This document shows positions 1 through 10,616 of a stretch of 64,000 nucleotides of DNA, one piece after another. Each line of letters opens with the position of its first letter. Position 1 is the first letter of the stretch. The position numbers and the translations under genes are program-made. The notes under the pieces were generated by a model. That model worked only from the letters and a program-made list of their open reading frames with translations. It made no database searches and had not been told where the DNA came from. The stretch spans positions 152,564 through 216,563 of the IMG/VR virus record IMGVR_UViG_3300035670_000008. The stretch is one strand, 5' to 3'.

Positions 1-2
1 TC

Positions 3-152
3 GAGCCCGCTCGGTGTCCTGATTATCGTCTACCTTCTATCGGGGAAAACCTCTCTATTGAGAACAGTCCGGTAGCTGACACTAATCCGCCTCCCCCACC
101 GCTTTATAGTCCCCCTCTAATAGACCCACCGCCCAACGACTTCATCAATTGA
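3..152 (+). CDS. 3' end of an upstream gene (Pro-rich C-terminus), partial
   Basis: Open frame from the window edge, EPARCPDY...PPPPPLYSPPLIDPPPNDFIN, ending TGA at 150-152. Confidence 0.5.
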   Translation, partial: EPARCPDYRLPSIGENLSIENSPVADTNPPPPPLYSPPLIDPPPNDFIN

Positions 153-258
153 TTTGTTTTCTCCTGTTCCTTCTATGGTCTATGTGTAAGGTAGTCAATA
201 TGAATAGTATGGTTGCCGTACAGAACAGGCTTTATGTGTTTGTAGTATAGGTAAAAAG

Positions 259-3200
259 ATGGTAGATTACACGTTCCCTAACATTTCCTTTAACACCAGT
301 ATTATCGGCCCTGCACCGGCGCGTCCTGGTTGGCGCGACAAGTATGCCGTAATCGGTGAATTCAACCGCGGGCCTGTTGTCCCCGTTAACTCTTCTAACC
401 GCGCTGTATTAGCCTCTCTGTACGGAGAAGACACTAGCTCTGGGTCTATTGCCCTGCAGCAAGCGTTCCGTCAAGGTGCTACTAACGCGGTCGTTGCCCG
501 AGCTGTGCCGGATAGTTTGGCTAGCCAACTATACTTTGAGCTGTCTGGTCAAAGTACCTTCATCCAACCCAGCACCGGCTACGAAAGCTCTGTAGCTAAC
601 ACTGGTGTTCTAGACAGCTTCAACTCCACGACTGGGTTTAAGCTCACTCTAGACTACATCGGACGCCCCAAGTTTAACCGCACTAACTACGGTGGGGTTG
701 AGTCGAAGAACACACCGGTAGACCACCCCACTTTTGCGGGTCGTGCTCAAATGACCTATATGGTCACCCGTGTTCAGTCTGCTGACTCCGCCCAGCGTGT
801 TGTCTACGAAGACGATAACGAAGAACTTGAAATTACCCTACATAACAGCACTCGGGATGACTACCAACTCGTTACTTACGAAGAAGGTAACAACGAATAT
901 GTTGAGCAGTACATCAAGCCTGGTTTTACCATCCGCTCTTCCACCAGCGCTCAACAAGAAGGTTTAGTCATTGCGTCTAACCCGTTCACCTACGGCGAAG
1001 GTGTTAAAGCTGTTCTTGTTAAAGGACACTACAGCCCTGATGTTGCCTACACTGCTAACATCGTTTCTGCTAGCGGTCTTTACACCCTAACGGTTAGCGA
1101 CTTCCAGAAAGGTTCGGCTGCTGAGTCCCCCTCTCTGCCTATTCTGGCTGAAAGCGTTGCTTTAGTCGCTGGTACTGCTTACAAAGTAGATGCCACTGCT
1201 AGCAACGGGCCTAACATTGATGTGACGTTAGCCTCTAATGTTACCGCAGCTGCTAGCAGCGGTGCCCCTGTTTCTTTCGTCCCCCGCGTGAGCGCTGTTG
1301 CTCTCAACGGTGGTAATACCGAGATTACTTTAACAGGTGTGTTGGCTAACACCGATGTAGTCGTTGGCAGCAAAGTGAGCTTCTCCTCTAAAGAAAATGC
1401 TTACGAAGTAGCTACGATTCCGACTGTTTGGTCTAGTGGCAGTCAAGTAATCAGCATTACTGGTGATGTTCGCGCTACCGCTAAAGTGGGTGACTACGTG
1501 TTGGTGACCAGTGCTGACGCTACTGCGCAGATTGACACCTTCAAAGTTCACTTCCCCGCTAAAACCCAATACATCCTTGGCTACAACTTCCGTCCTTTGG
1601 ACAGCGGTTCTTTGGCTTCTAAGTTTGCAGACTACCGCTACTTCACGGTTGGCACTGCTTCCGCTCCAGTTCAATTCTACGATGGTTTCGTTAACTACCC
1701 TGTAGACAGCTATCTGGTTATCGAAGAAGGCAAAGGTGGGTCTTACCTCAAGATTCCTTACCAAACAGCTTTGGCTAACGTTCAAGAAGCTCAGCTTCTG
1801 AAGAGCGAGTACTTCGGCTTGGAGCTCCGCTTTGGTAAAGTTAACGATACTAAAGTCTACCTCGTCGAAAACAACATCTTCAACGTCTCGTTCGTTAAGA
1901 CCGAAGTGGTTGTTGGAGGTAAAGCTGGTTCTGAGACCGCTTACCCGAAAGGTACCGTCGGTACGACCATTCTCCGTGACCTGGAGTACGCCATCTACAG
2001 CGATGCCGCGTTCTCTTCGATGATTGCCGACGTGAAGACGGACATCTCCTTGGTGCCTTATAAGTTCACGGTTAACGCCGGTTTCGTTGGTGTAGACTCT
2101 AATCGTCTTCGCTGGAATCTAGAGCGCTATGTCGCTGGCCCTACAGGTGTGTTCTCTAGCAAAGCGTCTAACGTCGTTACCTTGGATGCTGTTCCCGATG
2201 TAGTATTAGCCAACCCGACCGACTACAAAGTCGTCATCGCTGATGTTGAGTACCCTGTAGCTAGCGCGACTTCTACTACGGTGACCTTAACTCTGACTGA
2301 CGTAGCGGTGCTGGATGCTTATGCCGCCGGCGACACTGTCCAGTTTGCGTCCCAGGAGCAAACCAAAGACATCCTCATCCGTCGTGGTACGACTGGTGAC
2401 TTTGATGTTACAGACTACGGAACGGATAAATTCTATGCCTTCACTGGCGGTCGGGATACTGCCTCCCACGCCTACGCCGATTTCTACGCCCTCAATGGTA
2501 AGTCCCTCCTCCGGGTGGTGGCTCTAAACCCTGGCGTCTACGGTAACAACCTGAAGGTCACGATTATCCCTGACCAAATCTCTGCCGACAGCGCCAAGTT
2601 CTATCTCCAAGTAGAAGACGTTAATCCTAACGTTACTTTGGGCGGGCCTAAAACCGAGCTGTGGTACCTCGACAACAAACAGGTTGATGCCAACACCGGG
2701 GTCTACCAAACAACCAAGGATTCCAACCTGATTCGCGCTTACTTCTTACCTGCGGTAGAGCCTATCAACATCACCAACCTCTTCAATATTATTGATGAAG
2801 GTTTGTTCAAAGCCCTGCCTCTCCGCATTGCACCTCCCTTGGAGTCTCAAGACAGCGTCTATGCCTCCGGGGCTACTAAAGTCAGCGCTCAAGGTTCTGC
2901 TTACATCAGCAGCGTTAAGCTGAGCGGCGGTACCGAGTTTGTTGACCCCGACCCCGCTGGTGCTGTGAAAGCTCGTAAAGATGGCTACCTAGCTGCCCTG
3001 CGCGCGATTGAGAAAGAAGATGTTGCTTGGGTGGTTATCGCTGGTATCTACTACGGCGACAACGACTACCGAGAAGTCTTTGAAGAACTCAAAGCTCAAT
3101 GCGAGCGTTCCACTACCCTGAACGGTCTCCGTCGTGGCGTAGTCAACCTCGCACCTAACGTGGCTCCCCGTCAAGCCTCTGTCCTGCGCGACCTTATCGC

Positions 3201-3846
3201 TAGCGATAAAATCGTTCAGGTGGCTGGCTCCATTCAAGGGGTTAACCTCAACGGTCAGGTTTACCAAAACCAAGGCTCGGCAGGTATCTACGTTGGACTT
3301 CGTTGCGCTCGTCCTCCTCATATTTCAACGCCGTCTACCTACGCTAGCGGGTCTGCTTACAACGTTACTTTCAGTAACATCAACAGCTCCCCCGATGTGT
3401 TAGATGCCTTCACCCGCGCCGGCACCGAAGTTATCTTCTATGATTCTGGTCTGAAGCTCTATAAGTTCTTGAACGGGGTTACCACCAGCAAAGACCCCAA
3501 CAAGAAATACGTCTGCGTCCTAGAAGTGTGGGATCAGATGAAGTCTGACCTGTACGACTACCTGCAGTGGGTGCGCTCTGAGCCTAACACCCGTGACCTG
3601 CAGCGGCGCGTATCTTCCTCTGTAGACGCTTACCTCCAAGATAAGTTCCGTAGCGACTGGTTCATCCGCATCGCTCCGACTATCTGCGGTCCTGAAAACA
3701 ATAGTGAAGCAGACATGATTCGCGGTCAGCTCAACATTACTGTTCGTGCGACGCCCACCTTCCCCGCTGACTTCATTAAAGTCAACGCGATTATGGATCT
3801 CTCCGAGACCTTCTCGCTCGACACCCAACCCATCAGTTCTTTCTAG
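259..3846 (+). CDS. Contractile tail sheath protein, enlarged (1195 aa)
   Basis: N-terminal sheath motif (AVIGEFNRGP...LYG...AFRQGATNAVVAR), central ALNPGVYGNNLKVTI, and sheath C-terminal domain (EPNT...ICGPENN...GQLNITVRATPTFPADFI); directly precedes a tube-like gene. Confidence 0.92.
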   Translation: MVDYTFPNISFNTSIIGPAPARPGWRDKYAVIGEFNRGPVVPVNSSNRAVLASLYGEDTSSGSIALQQAFRQGATNAVVARAVPDSLASQLYFELSGQSTFIQPSTGYESSVANTGVLDSFNSTTGFKLTLDYIGRPKFNRTNYGGVESKNTPVDHPTFAGRAQMTYMVTRVQSADSAQRVVYEDDNEELEITLHNSTRDDYQLVTYEEGNNEYVEQYIKPGFTIRSSTSAQQEGLVIASNPFTYGEGVKAVLVKGHYSPDVAYTANIVSASGLYTLTVSDFQKGSAAESPSLPILAESVALVAGTAYKVDATASNGPNIDVTLASNVTAAASSGAPVSFVPRVSAVALNGGNTEITLTGVLANTDVVVGSKVSFSSKENAYEVATIPTVWSSGSQVISITGDVRATAKVGDYVLVTSADATAQIDTFKVHFPAKTQYILGYNFRPLDSGSLASKFADYRYFTVGTASAPVQFYDGFVNYPVDSYLVIEEGKGGSYLKIPYQTALANVQEAQLLKSEYFGLELRFGKVNDTKVYLVENNIFNVSFVKTEVVVGGKAGSETAYPKGTVGTTILRDLEYAIYSDAAFSSMIADVKTDISLVPYKFTVNAGFVGVDSNRLRWNLERYVAGPTGVFSSKASNVVTLDAVPDVVLANPTDYKVVIADVEYPVASATSTTVTLTLTDVAVLDAYAAGDTVQFASQEQTKDILIRRGTTGDFDVTDYGTDKFYAFTGGRDTASHAYADFYALNGKSLLRVVALNPGVYGNNLKVTIIPDQISADSAKFYLQVEDVNPNVTLGGPKTELWYLDNKQVDANTGVYQTTKDSNLIRAYFLPAVEPINITNLFNIIDEGLFKALPLRIAPPLESQDSVYASGATKVSAQGSAYISSVKLSGGTEFVDPDPAGAVKARKDGYLAALRAIEKEDVAWVVIAGIYYGDNDYREVFEELKAQCERSTTLNGLRRGVVNLAPNVAPRQASVLRDLIASDKIVQVAGSIQGVNLNGQVYQNQGSAGIYVGLRCARPPHISTPSTYASGSAYNVTFSNINSSPDVLDAFTRAGTEVIFYDSGLKLYKFLNGVTTSKDPNKKYVCVLEVWDQMKSDLYDYLQWVRSEPNTRDLQRRVSSSVDAYLQDKFRSDWFIRIAPTICGPENNSEADMIRGQLNITVRATPTFPADFIKVNAIMDLSETFSLDTQPISSF

Positions 3847-3859
3847 AGCTTAATCTAGC

Positions 3860-3883
3860 GAGCGGTCGTAGCTACGACCGCTC
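3860..3883. repeat. Perfect 24-bp palindrome between sheath and tube genes
   Basis: GAGCGGTCGTAGCTACGACCGCTC equals its own reverse complement; no U-tract follows. Confidence 0.85.
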
Positions 3884-3918
3884 ATAGACATTTTCAGAAA
3901 TCTATGGAGTAAGAAGAT

Positions 3919-4686
3919 ATGCCTTCATTCATTACTAAAGCCGCTGTAAACAACGCGATTCTCGACCCTCTGCAGGGTTTTGACTGCGACGTATATATTC
4001 AAGACCAAGCTACTGGTAAACAGCTAGTTATCGGGCGTTTCACCAACTTCCAGTTCACGGTACGGAACACCACCGAGCCTTACATGGAGTTTAACCAACG
4101 GGTACCTCGTCTGCTGGATGGGGAGTTCCAATTTGGTTGGGTGCTAGAACGGGGTCTGATTGACGTCCGCTTCCTAGAAGATACCTTTGGTATGGTGTCT
4201 CTATCCCGGGAAATGCGTATCTCTCGTAGCCCCCGGTTCCAAATCACTGTGGAACTCAATGCCCCCGAGCTAGAGAACCCCAAAGAAGGTTCTGCCGACC
4301 AAAGCTCCCAAGAACTCCAAACCACTAGTGCTGTAACTAACCGGGTTACTCGGAAAGCCTCCGGTAAATACCGTCTGATTTACGCTAAAACAGACTCCTT
4401 TACCTTCGGCGCTATGGCTGGTCGGAACGTTATTGCTACCCGCTGGGAGGGCCTCTGTGAGGGTCTCTACTACAGTAACCAAGCCGATATCTGGCCTGGC
4501 GTTAACCTCGGCCCTGGCGTCGGTGTTAACTCCAACGGTGAGAAAAAGGTCATTACTGACGTTGAGCTTAAAGATCAGCCAGGCAGTAAAAAAGCGCCTA
4601 CTTGGGATGTCTTTGGTGCTCAAACAGGTGATGTAGCCATTGTAAACAATAGCAACCTAGGTCAAGAAGGAAATACCTTCGGCTAG
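3919..4686 (+). CDS. Tail tube protein
   Basis: Immediately after the sheath; tube-like pattern DPLQGF...IGRF...EPYMEFNQRVPRLLDGE...LERG. Confidence 0.8.
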   Translation: MPSFITKAAVNNAILDPLQGFDCDVYIQDQATGKQLVIGRFTNFQFTVRNTTEPYMEFNQRVPRLLDGEFQFGWVLERGLIDVRFLEDTFGMVSLSREMRISRSPRFQITVELNAPELENPKEGSADQSSQELQTTSAVTNRVTRKASGKYRLIYAKTDSFTFGAMAGRNVIATRWEGLCEGLYYSNQADIWPGVNLGPGVGVNSNGEKKVITDVELKDQPGSKKAPTWDVFGAQTGDVAIVNNSNLGQEGNTFG

Positions 4687-4705
4687 ACCCCCGATAAGAA
4701 GGATT

Positions 4706-4739
4706 GAACGCTCTATGCTAGAAATAGTATAGAGCGTTC
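4706..4739 (+). terminator. Long stem-loop after the tube gene (probable terminator or attenuator)
   Basis: GAACGCTCTATGCTA-GAAA-TAGTATAGAGCGTTC, a 15-bp stem with GNRA loop; U-tract is weak. Confidence 0.6.
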
Positions 4740-4756
4740 TACTATATAGAGGCCTT

Positions 4757-7700
4757 ATGTCCGAACGTGTCCAAGCTAAGCTAGAGCCAACTTTTGGGCT
4801 TGACCTTGGCGCCGCCTGCCATCAACAACAGCAAGCCCAATACCCAGTCTTTGTTGTTACCGACTTAGAGAACAAAATCATCTTCTCCAACGCAACGCTG
4901 TGGAAGCTGACGAAGGCGCGGACGAACATCAATCGCTATTGGCAGGCCAGCACAGCCTTCTTTCAATGCACAATCGAGCTGACGGACTTATCTCAACTCG
5001 TACCTTCCTGGCTAGCGCCTGGGTATAGACACCCCACCGTCGCGCGGACTAATATCCTGCCGTCACCTGAGAAGCCCGAAGAAGAAGAAGGAACGGAGGT
5101 GACGCCCACTCCAGTTACCCAACCTACACCTACTGGGTCGGGTACGATGCTGGGGTTTTATGAAGAAAGAAGAAAAGCTATAGCTGAGCTCCAGAGCGCT
5201 GGGGAGACCGCTGCCCCGTTAAAGGTAGAACCACATCCCGATGTACCTGAGGTTAAAGAGATTGTACAAACCCTCCAGGCTGAGTACTCGGCAGCTAATG
5301 GAGACTCAGCTAAGAAAGCCGCAGCGGCAACTAAGTACTACGGTGCCGTTCTAAAAGCCTACGACGCTGAGATTAGTAAGATTAAAGCGAATCAGCAGGG
5401 TACCGAAGCACCTACTTCTACTACGCCGGCTGCGTCCACTAATCAGTCAAGCACTTTGGTTCCTCCCATGAGCCAGAAAATAAAAGACGAGATTAGAAAA
5501 AATAAAGAGGAGTGGGATAGTAGAGTAGGTCCTGGTAAGGCGGTAGAGCTCTTTGATATAGAGGCCGTAAGAGAGGACATGCTTGCTAAAATAAGCCCGG
5601 AGTTAAAAGCGTATGGAGAGTCCCTACCCGACGTTGAACCTTACAAAAGTTTTACTTTTCTCGGAAAACTCTGGGAGGCACTTGAGTTATCAGAAGCAGG
5701 CGCTAGTGGCTCTCAACAGCAAACTAGCTCGATTCCATCCCAACAGGCTATTTCTGATGCTGTCGCTGAGTTTCCTCTAGCTCCCTACGATGAGATTTGC
5801 CTCTACGGTGGTTATCTAGACCGTCTCCGCGAGGCTACGACAACTGACATTGACCAGAACCGGCTGCTTCGCAAAGGCGTCTGGACAGTGGATACCATTA
5901 CCGTCAGTGGCAGTACCCCAACTGGGATTATCATTACGGTACAGTGCCGCGACCGGCTGAAGTATTTAATGGACACCTTCGGTAGCTACAATACCGCTGA
6001 GAGTTCAGAGTTCCTAACCCGAGACAGTAAGGAGTGGTATGCTTCAGCTAGAACTAATGTGATTCTAAACATCGCCCGCCGGGGCATAGGACATCTTACC
6101 TTTAATGGGCAAGAGCAGACCCTAGGGGGCCGGTTCATCCAGCAAGGGACTATTCTAGACATCCCTACAGCTGTAGATGGTCAGACTAGGATAGAAGGCT
6201 TTGACCCTTACTTCATGTATAAGAATGGAGAGACGTTATTTTTAGCGACGGGGTCACCTACAGCAAACCCAGATGGAAGCGCCTCGGTAACCACAGCAGG
6301 GCCCGCCGAATCCATTGACCTTAGTACTCCTGAAGGGGTGAAAAAGGCAGAGGAGAAGCTACAAGAGGTTAAGGAAAAAGCCCGCGCTCAATTAGAGACG
6401 ATTACTGACGAGGCTGAGAAAAAGGCAGCTCAAGAAGTCTTTGACCGAATAAACGCTTTACAGACAGGGCAAGACCTTCTTAATTACATAAAGAACTCCC
6501 CCAACCAGAATAGTGTCTTAGGCACTGATTTATCTAACAACCAGACGACTACTGCACAGCTCGGTGGCTCCCTGCGGGGCTCCGTAGTTAATGGCCCTCT
6601 GGCTAAAGAGATGAAGTTTAACATCGTTTCTGGCCGAGTTCCTTATGCAACAGGAGCAGACAGTTACTTCGGGTCGAACTTCATCGTAGCTGACCGGGTT
6701 CCTCTAGACTACATCAAGTTCTTATCACAACAGGAGCCCTGGCCAACGGAAGTGTTCCAAGACAGCCGCACTGGTGAGTTCTGGTACGCTCCTAGAGGAC
6801 TAGACCTCAGCGGGCTTTCAGACCGGAATCGGTTTTACCGGACATATTACTTCCGTAACTGGCCTAGTGATCTGGTGGCTAAGTCTGATGCCGCTCAGGC
6901 AAGTAAGAAAGCGTTGGCTGCCGTTCAAGCTCAAGGTGCCGAACTCGCTACCTACGACGATTTAATCAGTAAGATTACTAAGGCTTCAGCGGAGATAAAA
7001 CAATACGAGGACTGGCTTAACCAACCGTTTGGAGAAGACGCTGCTGAGATGACCCAACTCTACACCAACATGGGTAATATCATCTCAACCACTAAGTCCT
7101 TTGTTTATGAGAACAGTGTAGAAGACAGCGAACCCAGAAAGAAAATGGATCAGGCGGTTGCAGAGTGGATTGCATTAGCTCCTGTCCAAGATAAAGGCGT
7201 ATTTGTGTCTAAATCCCAAGCCATCCGAGGGATATTAACAGAACTACAAGACCTTTATAAACAAGAAGCCGAGGCACAAAGACAAACCGTTAGTGAACAA
7301 AAAAATGAGCTGACGGCGGCTACGGGGGCTGCTCCTGGTTTTACCAGCTCGGCTCCCCACCTAGCGCAGATGATTCATACCTTCCGGGAGGAAGTTTCTA
7401 ATGTGTCGGTACGAACTAATATCATCGTCCAAACCCACTCGCCTGCCTCTCCCGAAAACATCCAGCAGATTCTACATCTAACCGTTCAGCCTTGGTTTAT
7501 GCGGGGCAGGGCCTACCCAACTTCGTTCTTTACAGTGACAGACGACACCGCTGGGACTGTAGGGGGTGGGGGTAAGTCAGGTGCGTTGATTGCCTTGGCG
7601 ATGGCTTACGCCCGGGTTATTGCCAAGGAACTCCGCGTAGCCGCGGCAACTATCCTAGGAGATCCATCTTTCGTACCAGGGGAGGTCATCCAAGTTATTG

Positions 7701-8092
7701 GTTCCCCAATGAACCCCGATGCGCTAAAGCCAGAAAGTGCCTACTCTTGGGACAAAGACCGGGTAACGATTGTAGATATGAACCGGCAGTATGAAATTCT
7801 AGGCAACGAGCTGGCGGTGGTGGCTCAGAATGACAAGAATGATTGGATACCTACTGTAGACGTTGTGGAAAGCGGTGACGGGGCTTCTACGCCAAAACTC
7901 GTAGCTACACAGGCTGCGGAGAACGGCAAGGTGGATTTAAACACGGCTATCTCTAATGTGGAGAAAGGGATTAATTATATTACCTTTAAGCGGGAGCCTC
8001 CTTCTATCTGGCGGGTAGAAGGTGTCGTCGACCGCTTTATGGACGGCGTGCCAGGATACTATACCGAACTAGCTTTACTTAGTTGCTTTTAA
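4757..8092 (+). CDS. Baseplate hub-like protein (gp27/gpD-type) with large helical insertions
   Basis: Hub-like segments DEICLYGGY, ITVQCRDRLKYL, EVFQDSRTGEFWYAPR, ILGDPSFVPGEVIQV, WRVEGVVDRF...GYYTEL; located in the tail module. Confidence 0.65.
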   Translation: MSERVQAKLEPTFGLDLGAACHQQQQAQYPVFVVTDLENKIIFSNATLWKLTKARTNINRYWQASTAFFQCTIELTDLSQLVPSWLAPGYRHPTVARTNILPSPEKPEEEEGTEVTPTPVTQPTPTGSGTMLGFYEERRKAIAELQSAGETAAPLKVEPHPDVPEVKEIVQTLQAEYSAANGDSAKKAAAATKYYGAVLKAYDAEISKIKANQQGTEAPTSTTPAASTNQSSTLVPPMSQKIKDEIRKNKEEWDSRVGPGKAVELFDIEAVREDMLAKISPELKAYGESLPDVEPYKSFTFLGKLWEALELSEAGASGSQQQTSSIPSQQAISDAVAEFPLAPYDEICLYGGYLDRLREATTTDIDQNRLLRKGVWTVDTITVSGSTPTGIIITVQCRDRLKYLMDTFGSYNTAESSEFLTRDSKEWYASARTNVILNIARRGIGHLTFNGQEQTLGGRFIQQGTILDIPTAVDGQTRIEGFDPYFMYKNGETLFLATGSPTANPDGSASVTTAGPAESIDLSTPEGVKKAEEKLQEVKEKARAQLETITDEAEKKAAQEVFDRINALQTGQDLLNYIKNSPNQNSVLGTDLSNNQTTTAQLGGSLRGSVVNGPLAKEMKFNIVSGRVPYATGADSYFGSNFIVADRVPLDYIKFLSQQEPWPTEVFQDSRTGEFWYAPRGLDLSGLSDRNRFYRTYYFRNWPSDLVAKSDAAQASKKALAAVQAQGAELATYDDLISKITKASAEIKQYEDWLNQPFGEDAAEMTQLYTNMGNIISTTKSFVYENSVEDSEPRKKMDQAVAEWIALAPVQDKGVFVSKSQAIRGILTELQDLYKQEAEAQRQTVSEQKNELTAATGAAPGFTSSAPHLAQMIHTFREEVSNVSVRTNIIVQTHSPASPENIQQILHLTVQPWFMRGRAYPTSFFTVTDDTAGTVGGGGKSGALIALAMAYARVIAKELRVAAATILGDPSFVPGEVIQVIGSPMNPDALKPESAYSWDKDRVTIVDMNRQYEILGNELAVVAQNDKNDWIPTVDVVESGDGASTPKLVATQAAENGKVDLNTAISNVEKGINYITFKREPPSIWRVEGVVDRFMDGVPGYYTELALLSCF

Positions 8093-8095
8093 TTC

Positions 8096-9988
8096 ATGCT
8101 TAACACTGCTGACTCTTTCTATTTCTCCAACAAGCCGACCGACCAAGAGCGTTGGGTTAACAGTAACGACCAGAAGAACAACATCCAATACGAAGGGGTG
8201 GTTCAATCCATCACACCGCTAGGTTATTTAAATGGTACCTGCACGGTGTATATCCCTAACCTACGGATGTACGTTAAGTGCCAAACTAACTTTGGCTACA
8301 ACTCCTTCTACAGCGGTCAGACAGTCGCCTATAAACCAGGGGACTTCGTTCGAGTTAGCTTTGTTAATGGTAAGACCGAGCGTCCAACGATTATCGGAAG
8401 TCTTAGTAACCACCGCTCGGAGCGGTATATGTTGGGGGAAGGTAACCCAATCCCCAAGCATTGGACGTTTCAAGAAGACGGCGCATCAGCTACAGTCACC
8501 CCTAACGCTTATATCCCTGAGCTAGCCCGCTGGGGGTACCGGGCCACGGGGCAGGTCTTTGACTTCCCTGGGTTAATTAACCAGAACGTGCAGGGAAGTA
8601 ACTTCTACACGGAGATTCCTGGCTCAGCCGTCTGGGATTTACATGGTAGCTACCATATCTATCCGCTCGGGGAGCTAAACATCGCGGCGACCAAGCTAAA
8701 CATTAAAATCACCGCTCCAAGGGTAGACCCCGCGCTGTTCCCCTTAGAAGTACTGCAACATCGCATGAAGTACTTCCAGGACTTTGAAGGGAAGAACAAC
8801 CGATATTTCCTAGACAACACAGGTAACAAACTAACTCGCTATAACCTGGACGAACACTTCATCCCTATCTCCGCTGATATGGAGCTACAGCCAGGCCCTG
8901 ATATTAAGAAGGGCCTGATTGAAGAGGCGAAGAACGAAGTTAAGTCTGTTACGCACATGGAGAAGTGCATCGACCAGAACCGCTCCCAAGCTGAGTCCAT
9001 GTTCCAGCGAATATTCGGAGCGGTAGCTGGAGGTCTTTTAGGTAGCTTCGGCGGCGGGCTGGGCAACATCATTGATGTCGGAGACGATATTCTAAACGAT
9101 ATTCTGAATGCAGGTCTAGGGTGGGCTATCCAGCAAGTCAATGGAGCTCTACCAGACTGGATGCAGATTGGACTCAGTAATGGTGGTATTAGCGTTGGTC
9201 CAATTGGGATAGACCCTAAGACAGGTAATATTAGCCTAAACGGTCAGATATTCAGTTCCTTTATCAATGATGGGTTGGACTCGTTGAATAAAGTCTTCCC
9301 CAGTTGGTTAGGTATCAAGATATCAGCGGAGACCCTACAGATTGGTGGGCAGGATATCCCTTTAAGCGAGCTAGGTAAAGACGGCGGTAGTTTTACCGTC
9401 GGAGCCTTGGTTATCTCTAATCAAGGTGGGTCAGTAACCGTATCAGTCGATGGAGAGGTAGTCGCAGATATTACCCAAGCCGTTGGGACAATGGTTATGC
9501 AGGCAGGCACCGGTATTATTAACGGCGGGCTACGGCAATTAAACCAGAATTTACCGGCTGGCTTCCAGATGGGGGCTTCCTTAGGCAGTAACGGAATGCC
9601 GACCTTTAACCTTGGCCCTCTGAAAATGACACCTTTCGGCCCTAACGCAGGTATCTCTTTGGATAAGGCTGCCTTAGGTAAAGCGCTGGAGGGGCTGCTC
9701 GGAGGGTTGCTAGAGAAGTTCTTATCTCAACTGCCCTTACCGCTCCAGCTATTAGGTCGTGCGTTGTGGAACGAGATTAACTTTGGGGCTTTATTCTTAG
9801 ACGCTCCTAAAGAACCCGACGGCGCAGCTAACTCAGTAGAAGGGATTATCCGTTCTGGGCGCTATACTTGTGTTAGCGGGCCTATTGATTTTATCAACGT
9901 GCCCGTTACTATATCCCCACTTCCGCCGCCTTCCGCCTTTGACGTGGAGGAAGCTGGGATAGGTAATGACGCCAGCAACACCGCTTAA
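8096..9988 (+). CDS. Baseplate spike-like protein with N-terminal gp5/gpV-type OB fold and Gly-rich C-terminal half
   Basis: EGVVQSI...CTVYIP...YKPGDFVRVSFVNGKTERPTIIGSL resembles the gp5/VgrG OB-fold signature; follows the hub. Confidence 0.6.
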   Translation: MLNTADSFYFSNKPTDQERWVNSNDQKNNIQYEGVVQSITPLGYLNGTCTVYIPNLRMYVKCQTNFGYNSFYSGQTVAYKPGDFVRVSFVNGKTERPTIIGSLSNHRSERYMLGEGNPIPKHWTFQEDGASATVTPNAYIPELARWGYRATGQVFDFPGLINQNVQGSNFYTEIPGSAVWDLHGSYHIYPLGELNIAATKLNIKITAPRVDPALFPLEVLQHRMKYFQDFEGKNNRYFLDNTGNKLTRYNLDEHFIPISADMELQPGPDIKKGLIEEAKNEVKSVTHMEKCIDQNRSQAESMFQRIFGAVAGGLLGSFGGGLGNIIDVGDDILNDILNAGLGWAIQQVNGALPDWMQIGLSNGGISVGPIGIDPKTGNISLNGQIFSSFINDGLDSLNKVFPSWLGIKISAETLQIGGQDIPLSELGKDGGSFTVGALVISNQGGSVTVSVDGEVVADITQAVGTMVMQAGTGIINGGLRQLNQNLPAGFQMGASLGSNGMPTFNLGPLKMTPFGPNAGISLDKAALGKALEGLLGGLLEKFLSQLPLPLQLLGRALWNEINFGALFLDAPKEPDGAANSVEGIIRSGRYTCVSGPIDFINVPVTISPLPPPSAFDVEEAGIGNDASNTA

Positions 9989-10616
9989 GCCTATGCCCCT
10001 CACAGCGTTTACTAAGCCTTTAGAGTCTCACGTCTTAGCTCCGACTGGTACCATCTTGGAGGTCGTGCAGACCCCAGAGGATTTAGAGTTTTATATTGGT
10101 AATTTGCTGACTATCTACGGTGCTAGGCACGCAATGAAAGTTAGCTATACATTAAGTGAGTTTCATCAAACCTCCAGTCTGTACAGCTTCTTTGACTTAG
10201 TTAAGCTGGCTACCAACTTTGGCATGGCTTATACGATTACAGCTATTGGTATAGCTCTTGGAAGAGCTTTGGACGATGAGTTAGCTACGTTAGAGTTACT
10301 GTACCCAACTCAAACTTACGCGTATCAAGACATCCCGTCATTATCTGAGGTCAAGTTGGTCAGCTACAACGGTCAAGCCGATGGACTAGGTGAGATTCTA
10401 GAGTGGTTCGATTACGATAATATTCATCTGCCGGGGGCAGTCAACGATTTTAGTTATCTACTCAATTGGGTTGGCAAGCAAGAGCCCCTCTACAGCGCGT
10501 TCTTCCCTACGCCTTTTAGCCCCATCACTTTTACAATCGAGTTTTTGCACCTCACCTGTAAATTTCCTGTCACTCCTGAACTCACCGCTTACCTTAAGAA
10601 ACTCTACAATGCCTAA
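9966..10616 (+). CDS. Hypothetical virion-module protein
   Basis: 216-aa ORF overlapping both neighbours in the structural operon. Confidence 0.6.
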   Translation: MTPATPLKPMPLTAFTKPLESHVLAPTGTILEVVQTPEDLEFYIGNLLTIYGARHAMKVSYTLSEFHQTSSLYSFFDLVKLATNFGMAYTITAIGIALGRALDDELATLELLYPTQTYAYQDIPSLSEVKLVSYNGQADGLGEILEWFDYDNIHLPGAVNDFSYLLNWVGKQEPLYSAFFPTPFSPITFTIEFLHLTCKFPVTPELTAYLKKLYNA

